Below are positions 48,466-62,794 of a DNA stretch of 64,000 bases, piece after piece. The stretch spans positions 10,170,001 to 10,234,000 of the forward strand of contig CM075996.1 of assembly GCA_038087875.1 (NCBI GenBank). The letters run 5' to 3'. The DNA comes from Malacoraja senta (taxonomy: Eukaryota). How positions within the stretch are numbered: the first letter of the stretch is position 1; every line of letters begins with the position of its first letter. The translations under genes were made by a program, and so were the position numbers. A model generated the notes under the pieces. The model was not told where the DNA came from. It saw only the letters and a list, made by a program, of their open reading frames with translations, and searched no databases.

Positions 48466-51400
48466 ATGCAAGATGTTAATATGAAAATTGGGGGTGAAGG
48501 AATTACATTTTGTAGTTGGAACGTTAAGGGAATTAATGAACCAATCAAGTAAAGTACTAGCACATTTAAAATCACTTAAAGCAGATTCTTCAAGAAACTC
48601 ACCTTAAAAAGGAAGCACAACATAGATTGAAAGCAAAATGGACTGTTAAAACGTATCACTCTTCATTCTCTCATAAGTCTGGAGGGGTTGCAATTCTAAT
48701 CCGTAAAGGTATACCTTTTAAACATATATCAACTATAGCGGATATCGACGGTAGATATATTATATTAGTGGGTGAGTTATATTTTAAAAAAGTGATTCTT
48801 CTTAATGTTTATGGACCAAATTTTGACAGCCCTTTGTTTTTCAAGAAAACACTCAATACTATCCTAGAATTTACACAACATAATTTAATAATTGGTGTGG
48901 TTTTAAATTGTACATTAGATTCTTATTTAGACAGATCATCAAGACAAAGGAAATTAAAATCCCAGACTAAATTCATATATTAATACCACCAACATCAAAG
49001 ATGTCTGGAGAATCGAAAACCCATCCGGACGAGAATATTCATTTTACTCGCCGGTACTCAAAACCTATTCAAGAATAGACTATTTTTTAGTAGACTCTAA
49101 ACTCATCCCATTTACCTACAACTCGAAATATCATAATATTATAATCTCGGATCATGCACCTTTAACATTCATGATTAAACTAAACGGAATGACCGAGAAG
49201 CAGACACAATGGAGACTTAACCCTCAAATTTTAAATGAAAAAGTAATTCATGAATATCTTATTACACAGATCAATATGTTTTTTGAGTCCAATGACTGCC
49301 CTGAAACATCTGCCTCCCATCTCTGGGAATTTATAAAATTAGATCAAATATGGGAGAAATACTAACATTGCCCAAGGACCAAATGACAGATTTCTACAAT
49401 ACTATCAAACACTTTACTCAACCAAAACGATAGAACGTTCTGCAAGAATGGAATCATTTTTACAGAAATGTAATCTAACAAGTTTAGATCTGAAAGAGAG
49501 GGAATTACTAGGTGCTGAAATAACAGTAAAATATATCGAAGAGTCTATTAGATCTTTAAAAAAACGAAAACATAGAAACATAGAAACATAGAAAATAGGT
49601 GCAGGAGTAGGCCATTCAGCCCATCGAGCCTGCACTGCCATTCAATATGATCGTGGCTGATCATCCAACTCAGTATCCCGTACCTGGCTTCTCTCCAAAC
49701 CCCCTGATCCCCTTAGCCACAAGGGCCACATCTAACTCCATCTTAAATATAGCCAATGAACTGGCCTCAACTACCCTCTGTGGCAGAGAGTTCCAGAGAT
49801 TCACCACTCTCTGTGTGAAAAATGTTTTTCTCATCTTGGTCCTAAAAGACTTACCCCTTATCCTCAAATTGTAACCCCTTGTTCTGGACTTCCCCAACAT
49901 CGGGAACAATCTTCTTGCATCTAGCCTGTCCAACCTCTTAAGAATTTGGTAAGTTTCTATAAGATCCCCCCTCAATCTTCTAAATTCTAGCGAGTACAAG
50001 CCGAGTCTATCCAGTCTTTCTTCATATGAAAGTCCTGACATCCCAGGAATCAGTCTGGTGAACCTTCTCTGTACTCCCTCTATGGCAAGAATGTCTTTCC
50101 TCAGATTAGGAGACCAAAACTGTACGCAATACTCCAGGTGTGATCTCACCAAGACCCTGTACAACTGCAGCAGAACCTCCCTGCTCCTATACTCAAATCC
50201 TTTTGCTATGAATGCTAACATACCATTCGCTTTCTCCACTGCCTGCTGCACCTGCATGCCTACTTTCAATGACTGGTGTACCATGACACGCAGGTCTCGT
50301 TGCATCTCCCCTTTTCCTAATCGGCCACCATTCAGATAATAGTCTACTTTCCTGTTTTTGCCAGGAAAGTGGATAACCTCACATTTATCCACATTATACT
50401 GCATCTGCCATGCATTTGCCCACTCACCCAACCTATCCAAGTCGCCTTGCAGTCTCCTAGCATCCTCCTCACAGCTAACACCCCCCCCCCCCCAGCTTTG
50501 TGTCATCCGTAAACTTGGAGATGTTGCATTCAATTCCCTCGTCCAAATCATTAATATATATTGTAAATAGCTGTGGTCCCAGCACCGAGCCTTGTGGTAC
50601 CCCACTAGTCACTGCCTACCATTGTGAAAAGGACCCGTTTACTCCTTCTCTTTGCTTCCTGTCTGCCAGACAGTTCTCTATCGACATCAATACTGAACCC
50701 CCAATACTTTAAGTGCTTTAAGTTTGCATACTAATCTCAACAGATAAGGACCTTGAAAACCCTGGTTCATATAGAGCAATTGCTCTCTTAAACACTGATC
50801 AGAAAATATTAACCAAAATTCTAGCCCATTGATTAAGTTTAGTGATTCATAAATTAATACACCCTGATCAAACAGGTTTTATTCCAAAACGTTACTCATC
50901 TTATAATCTGAGACGATTATTTAATATTATATATTCAAATAGAATATCTAATGTAGATCTAGCAATTATTTCGCTAGACGCTGAAAAAGCATTTGATCAG
51001 GTGGAATGGCCCTATTTATTTTCGGTGATGGAAAAATTTCAATTGGGCGAGAAGTACTGCATATAAGCTTTTATATTCTAACCCAACAGCTAGAATATTA
51101 ACAAACCAAATGTTATCATCTAAATTTAATTTATCTAGAGGTTGTAGACAAGGATATCCGCTATCTCCATTATTATTCGCTCTCGCAATTGAACCATTAG
51201 CAGAAAGTGTTAGAGCACATCCAGAAATATACAGGTATTACACTAAAGACACAATGAATAAAATCTCTTTATATGCAGCTGACGTATTAATATATATTAC
51301 AAACCCAGAAATTAGTATTCCAAACCTGTTAAATCTAATAACTCAATTCGGTTTGTTTTCGGGATATAGAATTATTTGGAATAAAAGCGAAATCATGCCA

Positions 51401-53260
51401 ATAACGGAACTCAATTTACACACACTGCAACAATCCCCCTTTAAAATAGTCAATGAAAAACTTAAATATCTAGGAATTTATGTAATTAAAACATATAATT
51501 CCTTATTTAAATTAAACTTCCCACCATTACTGAATAAACTACATAAGAATATTCAGTATTGGAAAACACTTCCTATTTCAATGTTAGGTAGAATGAATGC
51601 TATATAAATGATCTTTTTATCTCAATTATTGTACCTCTTCCAATCAATTCCGATATATCACCCAATTTTTTTTATTTTTTTAAGTCGATTCCATTGTCAT
51701 AAGCTTTATTTGGGATTATAAGAATCATAGAATAAGCAAAAAGCATCTATGTAAATCAAAGTCAAATGGTGGTTTAGCTTTACCAAATTTTCTGTTTTAT
51801 TTCTGGGCAGTCAATTTTAAAAATATGAATTTCGGGTTGGAAGAAATGGATCAGCAACCAGACTGGTTAAAGATGGAAAAGGAAGACTGTTTGCCTTTTG
51901 AAATTGGTTTGATTATGTTTGCTCCCACAAAATTGCATAAAAAAACCTATGGTGAAAATCCTATAATATATAGTGGTATACGAATTTGGAAACAATTAAA
52001 AAGACTTTAAAATTGGATAATTTATCACTCTGTCTTCCCATTGTAAACAACCCTTTATTCAAACCCTCCATGTTGGATAAAGGTTTTATACAATGGAAAA
52101 ATTATGGAATTAAAAAGGTGGGACATCTTTATAGGAAAGGTATTTTTCTTTCATTTCAGGAGTTACAGAATTATGGACTACACTCAAATAACTTTTTTAG
52201 ATATCTACAACTTAGAGATTATGTTAAATCACATACACAAGATTATAGAACTAGAGAGCCATGTTAATGAATGTTTGAATAAACATCCTAATACAGATAA
52301 ATTAATATCTCACATTTATAATACTCTTTTAGATAGTGAGGTCCCATGGACGGAATTATATAGACAAGCATGGGAAAATGAATTAGACCAACCTATAATG
52401 AAAGACATTTGGGACGAAAGTCTAAAACATATAGATCAATGCTCGTTAAATGCCAGACATTCTTTAATAGAAGTTAAAGTACTACATAGACTGCATTACT
52501 CTAAAACAAAATTAAATAGAATTTTCCCACATATCTCTACTATCTCTGACAAATGTCAATATTCAGAGGCTAATTTAACTCATACTTTTGTAAATTGTAT
52601 AAAAATCAAAAATCTCTGGACGGATATTTTTAGAATAATTTCTGAAGTTGTTAATACCCAATTGGATCCTGACTCAAAACTAATAATATTAGGAATATCA
52701 GAACAAAGCCTAAAACTTACAACAAGCCAAAGAAACTTCCTTGATTATAGTATAATAACTGGGAAAAAATTAAAATTAAAATTTTGGAAAAATCCAACAA
52801 CCCCCACAATTAAAATGTGGATTATGGAAATGACGGAAACCTTACATTTGGAAAGAACTAGACCTGTCTTAATTGACAAAGCAGAATTATTTGCTAGAAT
52901 ATGGTCTCCATTTATTGATTTTTTGAAAGGGTAAATGGATCCGGCAAAGAAGCCTGACTGAAGCTTGAACCCAGGCTTAGATGAATAGTTATGTTTTATA
53001 ATCTACGGACCTATCTCCAAAGTTGTATTATTGGTAATTTATTCTATTCTTTTTTATCGTTTTTTTTTTCTTCTTTCTTCCTATCTATAAAAAAGAAAAT
53101 AAACAAATAGAAGCAGAGTTAATATGCAATTGATAAATGAGGACCCCTATTATTTTGATAGCTGGAATCCCATCTATTAACAACATGTAATTGATAAACA
53201 AAATGTGTTTGGATTATGATATGTATATGCTTCTAATAAAAATATTATTTAAAACAAAAG
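48466..53260 (+). mobile_element. L1 LINE ORF2 plus 3' UTR, decayed, interrupted by a CR1
   Basis: SWNVKG, YSRIDYF, SDHAP (APE); SLDAEKAFD, RGCRQGYPLSP, YAAD (RT); CCHC-like C-terminus ending 52934; aataaa and A-rich end. Confidence 0.9.
49568..50738 (-). mobile_element. CR1 subfamily A, 5'-truncated, nested in L1
   Basis: ORF 49670-50605; (ttctatgt)n tail. Confidence 0.95.
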
Positions 53261-54021
53261 ACTGTGATCATTCACGTTATCTATGCCTCTCATGAGTTTG
53301 TAAACCCCATTAAAGTCAATCCTCAGCCTCCTATGCTTCAGTGAAAAATATTCTGACATACCCAGCCTCTCCCTTACACTCAAACCCACCATTCCCGGCA
53401 ACTTGTGGTGAACTTCACGAGATCATTTCTGGATTTACAACATCCTTCCTCTATCAGGACAACCAGAACTGCACGCGATACTCAAATGTGGTCTCTCCAA
53501 TGCTTTGTGCAGCTGCAACATGACGTTGTTAATATTGAATTCCCTTTTCTACTTCTGTTGATCTTCGTTTCTCATCATGCATGAGGAATCACATGGTGGG
53601 GGGCTGACTGAAAGTGGGCTGTCAGCGAAATGCTCACTTCTCTTCGAGAAACAAGAGATATAGACAGTGATATAAAGAGGCTCTCTTTCCCCAGACTCTC
53701 AATCTGAAGAAGGGACTCGACCTGATATGTCACCTATTCCTTTTCTCCACTGAAGCTTGATGCAGCCAACGCCAAGGCTCTGTAGGGGAGGACCACAGTT
53801 GAGGGTCCTTCTGCTGCTGGACATGGGGGGGGGGGGGGTAGGGTGTGGTGGAGACGCCCCTCAAACGAGGGAACGGATATCACCCCAGGGGGCCACGTGA
53901 GTGGCAAGGATACCTGGTATAATGATGGTTTTGTAACCCCTTCCAATGCTACGCTAATGAATATATGTGTAGCGTCTGAAAATGTCAGAAGAATTTTTGC
54001 ACAGTTCTTGTTCTCATTAGT

Positions 54022-54505
54022 CATAAGGTCTCATAAGGTCATAAGTGATCGGAGTAGAATTAGGTCTTCGGCCCATTATGTCCACTCCAGCATTCAATCA
54101 TGGCTGATCTATCTCTCCCTCCTAACCCCATTCTCCTGCCTTCTCCCCATAACCTATGACATCTGTACTCTTCAAGAATCCATCTGTCTGTCTTAAAAAC
54201 ATCCACTGACGGCCTCCACAGCCTTCTGTGGCAAAGAATTTCACAAATTCACCACCCGCTGACTAAAGAAATTTCTCCTCATCTCCTTCTTAAAAGTACA
54301 TCCTTTAATTCTGAGGCCACGACCTCCAATCTCAGACTCTCCCACTGGTAGAAACATTCTCTACACATCCACTCTATCCAAGCCGTTCACTATTCTGTAT
54401 GTTTCAATGAGGTCCACCCTCATTCTTCTAATCTCCAGCGATTACAGGCCCAGTGCCGGCAAATGGTCATCATAGTTTAACCTACTCATTCCTGGGATCA
54501 TTCTT
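54022..54505 (-). mobile_element. Old CR1 3' fragment
   Basis: Reverse complement of a CR1 ORF2 end and 3' hairpin. Confidence 0.8.
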
Positions 54506-55075
54506 TTGTATATATTTGTTATGCTGAATAAAGATTATTTTGGTTTTCAAAATAAACTATATTTACTAAAGCAAAATGCAGGTAAATTATTCCCCCATTA
54601 TTCTACCCCTTCCTCCCATGCTGGGTCCCTATTGTTCTTCCTCCTCCCCCCATGCCAGTTCCCCCACGCTGGGTCCTCCATTGTTCCTACCCGGCACCGG
54701 TGTCCTCACTTCTGCGTGTCATTCGTCCGTCGGTCGGCACCATCATCGGTCACTGCACCGACCTCTCCACTATCACCCGGGTTCCGGCCCTCGAGGCTCT
54801 GGCCTCAGCTTCTCAGCGTCACCACTGGAAGGGAGTTGCAGAACTCTCGTCGGAGAGAGGAGGAGAACGTCATCAAAGTAGGCAAATTTGAGGAGATTTC
54901 GCAGTGGAGCAGAGGAAATGTTTAGGAAGAAACTGCAGATGCTAGTTTAAACCAAAGCTAGACACAAGGAGTAACTCAGTGGGCAGACATCATATCCGGA
55001 GAAGAGGAAGCTGTGACGTTTCGGGTCGAGGCCCTTCTTCAGACTGAAGACTGCTGATAGGCTGCTACTCCAGAT

Positions 55076-58000
55076 GATTCAGATTCAGATTATTTAATGA
55101 CCACACAGTCAAGCTGGTGGAATTCATGTTCAGTACAGGATGTTACACAATGGGCTGATTCCCATCAAACATAACATAAAACACAACAACATACAGTATA
55201 CAGTACATGCATGAGGTGGCTATGTGATGTTGTCATAGAGTGTTCAGAGTTCGAATTGCATATGGGTAGAAACTGTTTTTAAATCGTGATGTTTTGGCGG
55301 GCAGTGAGCTGTAGCGCCTTCCTGACGGCAGCAGGTGGAAGATGTGGTGAGCTGGGTGGGAGGGATCAGAAATGATTTTCTTCACCCTTGACACAGACCG
55401 TTTGAGATTGAGTGAATCTATTGATGGGAGGGGAGTGCTGATGATTTTGGATGCTTTGTTGATAATGCGCTGTAGTTTATTACGGGAGTGAGTGTCTAAG
55501 CTGCTGTACCAAACTGTGATTGATGAAGTGAGCATGCTTTGGATGATGGCTGTGTAAAATCGGATTAGGAGATGTTTCCTCACTCTGAACTTCTTGAGCT
55601 GACGGAGAAAGAAAAGTCTTTGGTTGGCTTTTTTATAAATGTGATCTGAATTGATTTTCCATTTGAGGTTATTGCTTATGTGAGTGCCAAGAAATTTGAA
55701 TGAGTCAGTGGTGGATATGGGTTCGCCAGAGATGAGTAGGGGGGTCTTGGGTTGTGCCTTACGTCTGAGATCAATGATAAGTTCATGTGTTTTTGATGTG
55801 TTGAGTAGGAGGTTATTATCTGTGCACCAAGTGACTGCTTTGTTTGTTTGAGTGCGGTATTCTGTTTCGTTGTTGTTAGAGATGAGACCTATGATGGTTG
55901 TGTCATCTGCGTATTTATATATTTTGACTGAACTATACTGGGATGTGAGTTGATTTGTGTAGAGTGAGAATAACCAGGGTGACAAGATGCAGCCCTGAGG
56001 GGCTCCTGTACTGAGGTGCAGAGGGTGAGATATGGTGTTATGTATCTTCACCCTCTGTTGTCTGTTCCAAAGGAAGTTTTAGATCCAATGACAGATGCAG
56101 GGGTCAATGTTCATGTCCGTTAATTTATGGAAGAGTTTGACCGGGTTGATGGAGTTGAATGCCGAACTGAAGTCCATGAACAGGATGCGGGCGTATGTGT
56201 TGGCGGTTTCCAGGTGTTGCAGAGTGTGATGAATGGCCAGGTTGACTGTGTCTTCTACTGACTTGTTGGCTCTATATGCGAATTGATGTGGGTCCATGTT
56301 GGAGGAAGTGCTGGTTTTGAGTTGAGCGAGAATAATGCGCTCAAATGACTTCATGGCCACAGATGTAAGGGCAATCGGTCTGTAGTCATTGAGGCAGGAT
56401 GTTGTGTTAGACTTGGGCACAGGAATGATGGTGGATTGTTTGAAGCACTGGGGCACTGAACATTGGCAGAGGGAGGTATTGAAGAATTTGGTGAACACAG
56501 GGGCCAGTTCTGCTGCACAATGATGGAGAACTGCTGAGCTGACGTTGTCTGGGCCTGCAGATTTGTTTTTCTTCTGTCTCCTGAAGGTAGTCCTCACCTC
56601 GGCCTCCTGGATGTGGAATGGAGGGGGAGGAAGAGGAGAGGGGGACGATGGTGGAGGGACTGGAGACTGTTCAAACCTGCCATAGAAAGTGTTCAGTTTG
56701 TCTGGGAGTTGATGATCATTATCAGGGATGGGGGTGGATTTCTTTTTGTAGTTGGTGATTTCCTGAAGATTTTTCCAGACAGTTCTAGTGTTGTTGGTTG
56801 CGATTTCTTGTTCTATTTTGGTGGCATAATTGTGTTTGGCTTTCCTTATTGTAGACCTTAATTTATATTTTGCAGCCATGTAGTCCTGCTTATTTCCAGA
56901 TTTATATGCAGCATTTTTCTCAGTTCTTAATTGTTGAATTTCTTTTGTGAACCAGGGCTTATTGTTGTATTGTTTAACCGTTCTTGAAGGGATACAGAGT
57001 TGCTCGTAAAATTGGACATATGGCGTCACTGTGTCCGTGTAGTCGTGGAGGACACCAGCTGCGCGGAAAACTTCCCAATCAGTGCGTGCGAAGCAGCCTT
57101 GCAGCTTTTCGATGGCGTCTGTAGACCATGACCTAACAGATTTGGGCAAAGTTTTTGAGGATTTTATTTTTTGCTTGTACTTTGGGATAAACAGCAGCAT
57201 CGCGTGGTCTGACTTGCCCAACGGAGCTCCTACAAATGCACGGTAGGCCTCCTTAAACGGGGTCGAGCGTGTTGTTCCCTCTGCTGGGGCAGGTCACGTG
57301 CTGGTGGTAGTTTGGAAGCTCAGTGGACAGGTTGGTGTGGTTGAAGTCACCTAACACAATTATTGCTGCATCTGGGTATGAATTCTCTGTGTCGGATATG
57401 TGACAGGCCAGTTCGCTCATGGCGGCGTTAGCATTAGCCTCAGGTGGAATATAAACACCGATTACAATGACCGATGCAAATTCTCTGGGAAGGTAGGTGG
57501 GTCTGCATGTGGCAGTAAGGTGCTCCAAAAGTGGGGAACATACATGGCTGAGTGAGGTGGAGTTTGTGCACCAGCGTTGGTTTATCATAATGCATATTCC
57601 ACCACCTTTTGACTTGAAAGATAGTTCAGCTGACCTGTCGGCTCGGTGAAGTGTATATCCTGGCAGCGTTACTGCTTGGTCAGGCGGGCACTGACTGATC
57701 CAGCCAGGATTCAGTCAGGCAGATAGCAGAGCAGTTGCTGTAGTTCCTGTTGGTTTGTATCAGAAGCTGGAGTTCGTCCATCTTGTACCGGAGAGATCTA
57801 ACATTTGCCAGCAGAAGGGCTGGGAGTGGAGGTCGGAATGGGCGCCTCTTGAACCTCGAGAGGATACCGGAGCGCCTGCTTCATTTGCCGGTCTGCGGTC
57901 TGTGGTCCGCGGTCTGCGGTCGGCTTCGTTTGCCGGTCTGCGGCCAGAATGTAGAGAGACCCGGAGAAACAAACGTTATTTCCTTCAGTAGAGATGGCCT

Positions 58001-58152
58001 CAGGACTCCGTGGATGTTAAGTTTGAGATTTAGAAGTTCCCAGCGAGTGTATTGGATTATACATGACACATTAGGAACGTATAACGCAGACACAAGTACA
58101 ATAGACAGGAACACAACTTGTACTGGAGCGAGCCTCGCGGCCGCCATGTTTG
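55076..58152 (-). mobile_element. Rex1/Babar LINE, near full length (APE plus RT), several stops and frameshifts
   Basis: GVYIPP, LGDFNH, GKSDH, ILFMDFSSAFNSI, TGAPQGCILSP, YADDT; (aatctg)n tail; 5' caaacatggcg. Confidence 0.92.
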
Positions 58153-58504
58153 CAGGATGGAGGCCTAATAATAATATTCCCATAGATACCCGGCATCCTT
58201 GCCTCTCATGTGCCGCCATGGGGTGATATCCCTTCCCTCAATTGAGAGGCATCTCCACCATATCTGCCCCTCAATGTCCAGCAGCGGAAGGAGCCTAGAC
58301 TGTGGTCCTTCCCCACAGAGCCTTGACTGAAGAAGGGTCTCGAGCCGAAACGTCACCTATTTTTCACCAGAAATGCTGTCTGATCCACTGAGTTATTCCA
58401 GCTTTCATTGTCTATCTTCAAGAAAATTATGATGTATCTGGATAGTTTTGGGTCGAGACCCTTCCTCAGACTAGTCTGAGTCTGAGGAAGTCTAAGACTG
58501 TTTT

Positions 58505-58990
58505 ATACTGATGGTCCAGTTTTATACTGCTATCATGGAGTCTGTCATCACCTTCTCCATCATGGTCTGGTTTGGCTCAGCCACCAAGCATGACATCCGG
58601 AGGCTGCAGCGCATCGTTCGTTCTGCCGAGAAGATTGTTGGCTCCCCCATCGACGAATTGGATTCTGCAAGGGCCAGGAAGTGAGAGGGTAAGATCATCT
58701 CTGACCCCTCTCACACTGGCCACAAACTCGTTGAAGCACTTCCCTATGGAAGGCGACTCCGGTCTGTCAAAGCTGCCACAGCCAGCTTTTTTTCCACGAG
58801 CAGTAACTCTACTCAACAGTCAAAAGTCTGTAACCTCTTTTTGCTCTGGTATTAAATTTCATTCTTCACATGTTTAAATTATAGTGTTTCATTTTTAATT
58901 GTCTACTGTATATCGTGTTGTTACTTGCGAGCAAAGCTCCAAGGCAAATTCCTTGCATGTATACATACTTGGCTAAGAAAATGTATTCAA
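58505..58990 (+). mobile_element. Rex1/Babar 3' fragment
   Basis: FYTAIMESVITFSIMVWFG...RRLQRIVRSAEKI; tail ggcaaattccttg. Confidence 0.8.
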
Positions 58991-58999
58991 TATGTTAAT

Positions 59000-59435
59000 A
59001 GAATGGAGCGGCTCGGCTTGTATACTCTGGAATTTAAAAGGATGAGAGGGATCTTATTGAAACATATAAGATTATTAAAGGTCTGGACACCCTAGAGGCA
59101 GGAAACATGTTCCCAATGTTGGGGGAGTCTAGAACCAGGGGCCACAGTTTAAGAATAAGGAGTAATCCATTTAGAATGGAGATGAGGAAAACATTTTTCA
59201 CACAGAGTTGTGAGTCTGTGGAATTCTCTGCCTCAGTGTGCGGTGGAGGCTGGTTCTCTGGATGCTTTCAAAAGAGAACTAGACAGAGCTCTTAAAGATA
59301 GAGGAGTTAAGGGATATGGGGAGAAGGCAGGAACGGGGTACTGATTGTGGATGATGAGCCATGAACACATTGAATGGCAGTGCTGGCTTGAAGGGCCGAT
59401 TGGCCTACTTCTGTACCTATTGTCTATTGTCTAAT
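59000..59435 (+). mobile_element. CR1 3' fragment
   Basis: MFPMLGESRTRGHSLRI; (ctattgt)n tail. Confidence 0.85.
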
Positions 59436-59629
59436 TCAATTCATTTCTCTTTGATATTGAATAAGATCTGATCATTGTAACAGTTGAGTTGAATCATCTT
59501 TATTCCTACAACCTTCCCTGCTGCAAAGATTTTGTTCGGAACAACAAAACCTTGTTTTCATGCAGCACAAATTTTGACAACAACCAAATTGGTTCATGGT
59601 CACATTTTTAACACATTTAACACATTGTA

Positions 59630-59930
59630 CAGCACCGTGGCACAGCGGTAGAGCTACTGCCTTAAGGAGCCAGAGACCCGGGTTCGATCCTGACTATGGG
59701 TGCTGTCTGTACGGAGTTTATAAATTCTCCCCGTGACCAGCGTGGGTTTTCTCCAGCATCTCCAGTTTCCTCCCACACAACAAAGAATACAGGTTTGTAG
59801 GTTAATTGGTTTGGTACAAATGTAAAATTGTCCTCAGTGTGTGTAGGATAGCGTTAATGTGTGGGGATCGCTGGTCGGTGCGGACTCGGTGGGCCGAAGG
59901 GCCTGCTTACTCGCTGTATCTCTAGACTAG
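59630..59930 (+). mobile_element. V-SINE (HE1-like)
   Basis: A box, ggttcgatcc B box, core, CR1-type tail. Confidence 0.85.
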
Positions 59931-60089
59931 TGCTAAATTTAATGAGGAACAGGAAGTGTAACGGGGCAGGATTTTAACTCATTCTCTTGTGTATAAAATA
60001 TTACATTAAATATTCAGATACTGCAAGTAACATTCAGGCCAGTACACCATACAATGGGCAGAGTCCCATCCCAGTAGAGAAAGGAGTTG

Positions 60090-60390
60090 TCTGAGTAGGA
60101 GAATCAAGGACCAGGGGATATAGGGTTTAAGGTGAAGAGGAAAAGATTCAATAGGAATCTGAAGGGTAACATTTTCACACAAAGGGTGATGGGTGTATGG
60201 AACGAGCTGCCAGAGGAGGTAGTTGAGGCAGGGACTATTCCATTGTTTAAGAATCAGTTAGACAGGGTCATGCATAGGATAGGACAGGTTTAGAGGGATA
60301 TGGGCCAAATGCAGGCAGATGGGACTAGTGTAGATGGGACATGTGTGGGAAAATTGGGCCGAGGGGCATGTTTTCACGCTATGACTCAAT
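60090..60390 (+). mobile_element. CR1 3' fragment
   Basis: GESRTRGYR...YGPNAGRWD. Confidence 0.8.
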
Positions 60391-60507
60391 AACTTAGTCT
60401 GAAGATGGGTCTTGACCCCAAACATCATCTATCCATGTTCTCCACAGATGCTGCCTGGACCCGCTGAGTTACTCCAGCACTTTGTGTCCTTTTCTGACTC
60501 AGCCCAT

Positions 60508-60830
60508 GGCGGCACGGTGGCATAGCATTAGAATTGTTGCCTCACAGCACCAAAGACCCAGGTTCGATCCAGACCATGGGCACTATCTGTACGGAGTTTG
60601 TTCAATCTCCCCGTGACCTGCGTGGGTTTTCTCCAGGTGCTCCAGTTTCCACCGACATCCCAAAGGCGTGCAGGTTTTCAGGTTGTCTGGCTTTGGTAAA
60701 AATAGTAAATTATCCCTAGTGTGTACGATATTGTTTGTGTACAGAGATTGCTGGTCGGAGCAGACTTGGTGGGCCGAATGGCCTGTTTCCGCACTGTTTC
60801 TCTAAACTAAACTAACCTAAAACTAAATTA
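60508..60830 (+). mobile_element. V-SINE (HE1-like)
   Basis: Head, core and (taaac)n tail. Confidence 0.85.
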
Positions 60831-61512
60831 GTGTGAACGGGTAATTGATGGTCGGCGTGGACTTGGTGGGCCAAAGAGTTTGTTCCCATGCAGCTAAACT
60901 AAAGATCCTTCCTTATATGCCCTTCATTCCCACCCACACAAGTTTCTTCCCCACTCACTCCATCTGCCTATCCCCTACACATTCCTCTCATTGGGAACTT
61001 TCCTCCCTATGTTCCTATCTACCCACCTCACCTCCCTTATTTGGTTCATAAGTGAGCAGAAATGCCTAAGGTGGAACTGCAGATGCTGGTTTACACCGAA
61101 GATAGACACAAAATGCTGGAGTAACTCAGCGGGGACAGGCAGCATCTCTGGAGAGAAGGAATGGGTCATGTTTCAGGTCAAGACCCTTCTTCAGACTGGG
61201 AAGAATTTATGGGAGGGGGTCCTCACTACCCAGTGATGAACCCTTCTCCCATCTCTTTTTAAAATATTTTTATATCCCCACCTGTGCACTTGTCCTCATG
61301 CCGCCCTCTGACACCTGTACTAATCAAGAAATGTATTATTATTATTATTATTATAGTTGTTGTTATTATTAATTACCATATATAAAGGTAAGTTAAATTC
61401 ACCAGCCATTCATTGAAATAAACCAGCATAGAAATAAGGAACTGATCCATTCATGTGATGTTATCAGACACAATATTATCACAGTATATTAGCACACACT
61501 GCTGACCACAGG

Positions 61513-61722
61513 TGTTCTCCCCATGACCTGCGTCGGTTTTCTCTGAGATCTTCGGTTTCCTCCCACACGCCAAAGAAGTACAGGTTTGTAGGTTAATTGG
61601 CTTGGTAAATTTTGCCCCCAGCGTGTGTAGGGTAGTATTAATGTGCGGGGTGATCGCTGATTGGCGCAGACTCGGTGGGCCAAAGGGCCTGTTTCCACTC
61701 TGTATCTCTAAACTAAACTAAA
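61513..61722 (+). mobile_element. V-SINE 3' half
   Basis: Core and tail. Confidence 0.75.
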
Positions 61723-62794
61723 AAGCAGGTCGAAAAAGTGGTAAAGGAAGCATACGGTATGCTTGCCTCATTGCTCGGGGCATTACCTAGTAGAGTTGTG
61801 TAATCATAATGCAGCTTTATAGGACATTGGTTCATCTGCATTTGGAGTATTGCGTGCAGTTCTGGTCGCCCCTTTACAGAAAGAATGTGGAGGCTTTGGA
61901 GAGGGTGCAGAAGAGGTTTACCAGAACCAGTCTGAATTAGTGGGTATTGGCTATAAGGAGTGTGTCATCAGTCTGAAGAAGGGTCTCGACCCAAAACATC
62001 ACCCATTCCTTCTCTCCAGAAATGTTGCCTGTCCTGCTGAGTTACTCCAGCATTTTGTGTCTATCTTTGGCAGAAAGGAGAGATTGGACAAGCTTTTGTT
62101 CTCTAAAGCTGGAGACTGAGGGGAGTCCTGAGAGAATTACAATACGATCCAATCCGATAGACCTTTATTTATCTCTGCAGCGAAATTGGTCTGCCAACAG
62201 TCATAAAACACAACAAGACATGAAAGATGACATTAAAGTAACGAGTGGGAAGTCCAGCATTGGGGATGTGCAAAGATTCGGGAGAGGGGGGGGGGGAGTC
62301 AGTCTACCCCACGTCAGAAGGGGAAGAGATGTACACATTGATAGCCACAAGGAAAAATGATCTGTGTTGGAAGGAACTGCAGATGGTGGTTTATACCATA
62401 GATGGACACAAAAAGCTGGAGTAACTCAGCGGGGATGCAGCATCTCTGGATAGAAGGAATGGGTGACGTTTCAGGTCTGAAGAAGGGTCATCACCCGAAA
62501 CATCACCCATTTCTTCTCTCCAGAGATGCTGCCAGATTTTTGTGTCTATCTTTACAAAAAGGGATCTCCTGTGGCGTTCTGTGCTGCATTTTAGTTGAAC
62601 CAGTGTTATACAACATTATGACAGGCATGGATATGGACCTTTCTTCAAGAATGAAATGCTTGTTTTCACTGCTCGGGGATTTGAGCATGGGGATCAGGAT
62701 GTCATGTTGCAATTTTATAGGTCTGAGCTGAGTTTCGCATCCCCCTGCTCCATCCAGTTGACTTCAGACGCCCTTCCTACTGGAGGAAGGACAT

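Noticed and set aside
59630..59700. tRNA genes (here and at other SINE heads)
   Set aside because: A/B boxes run directly into the SINE core and CR1-like tail; SINE heads, not tRNAs
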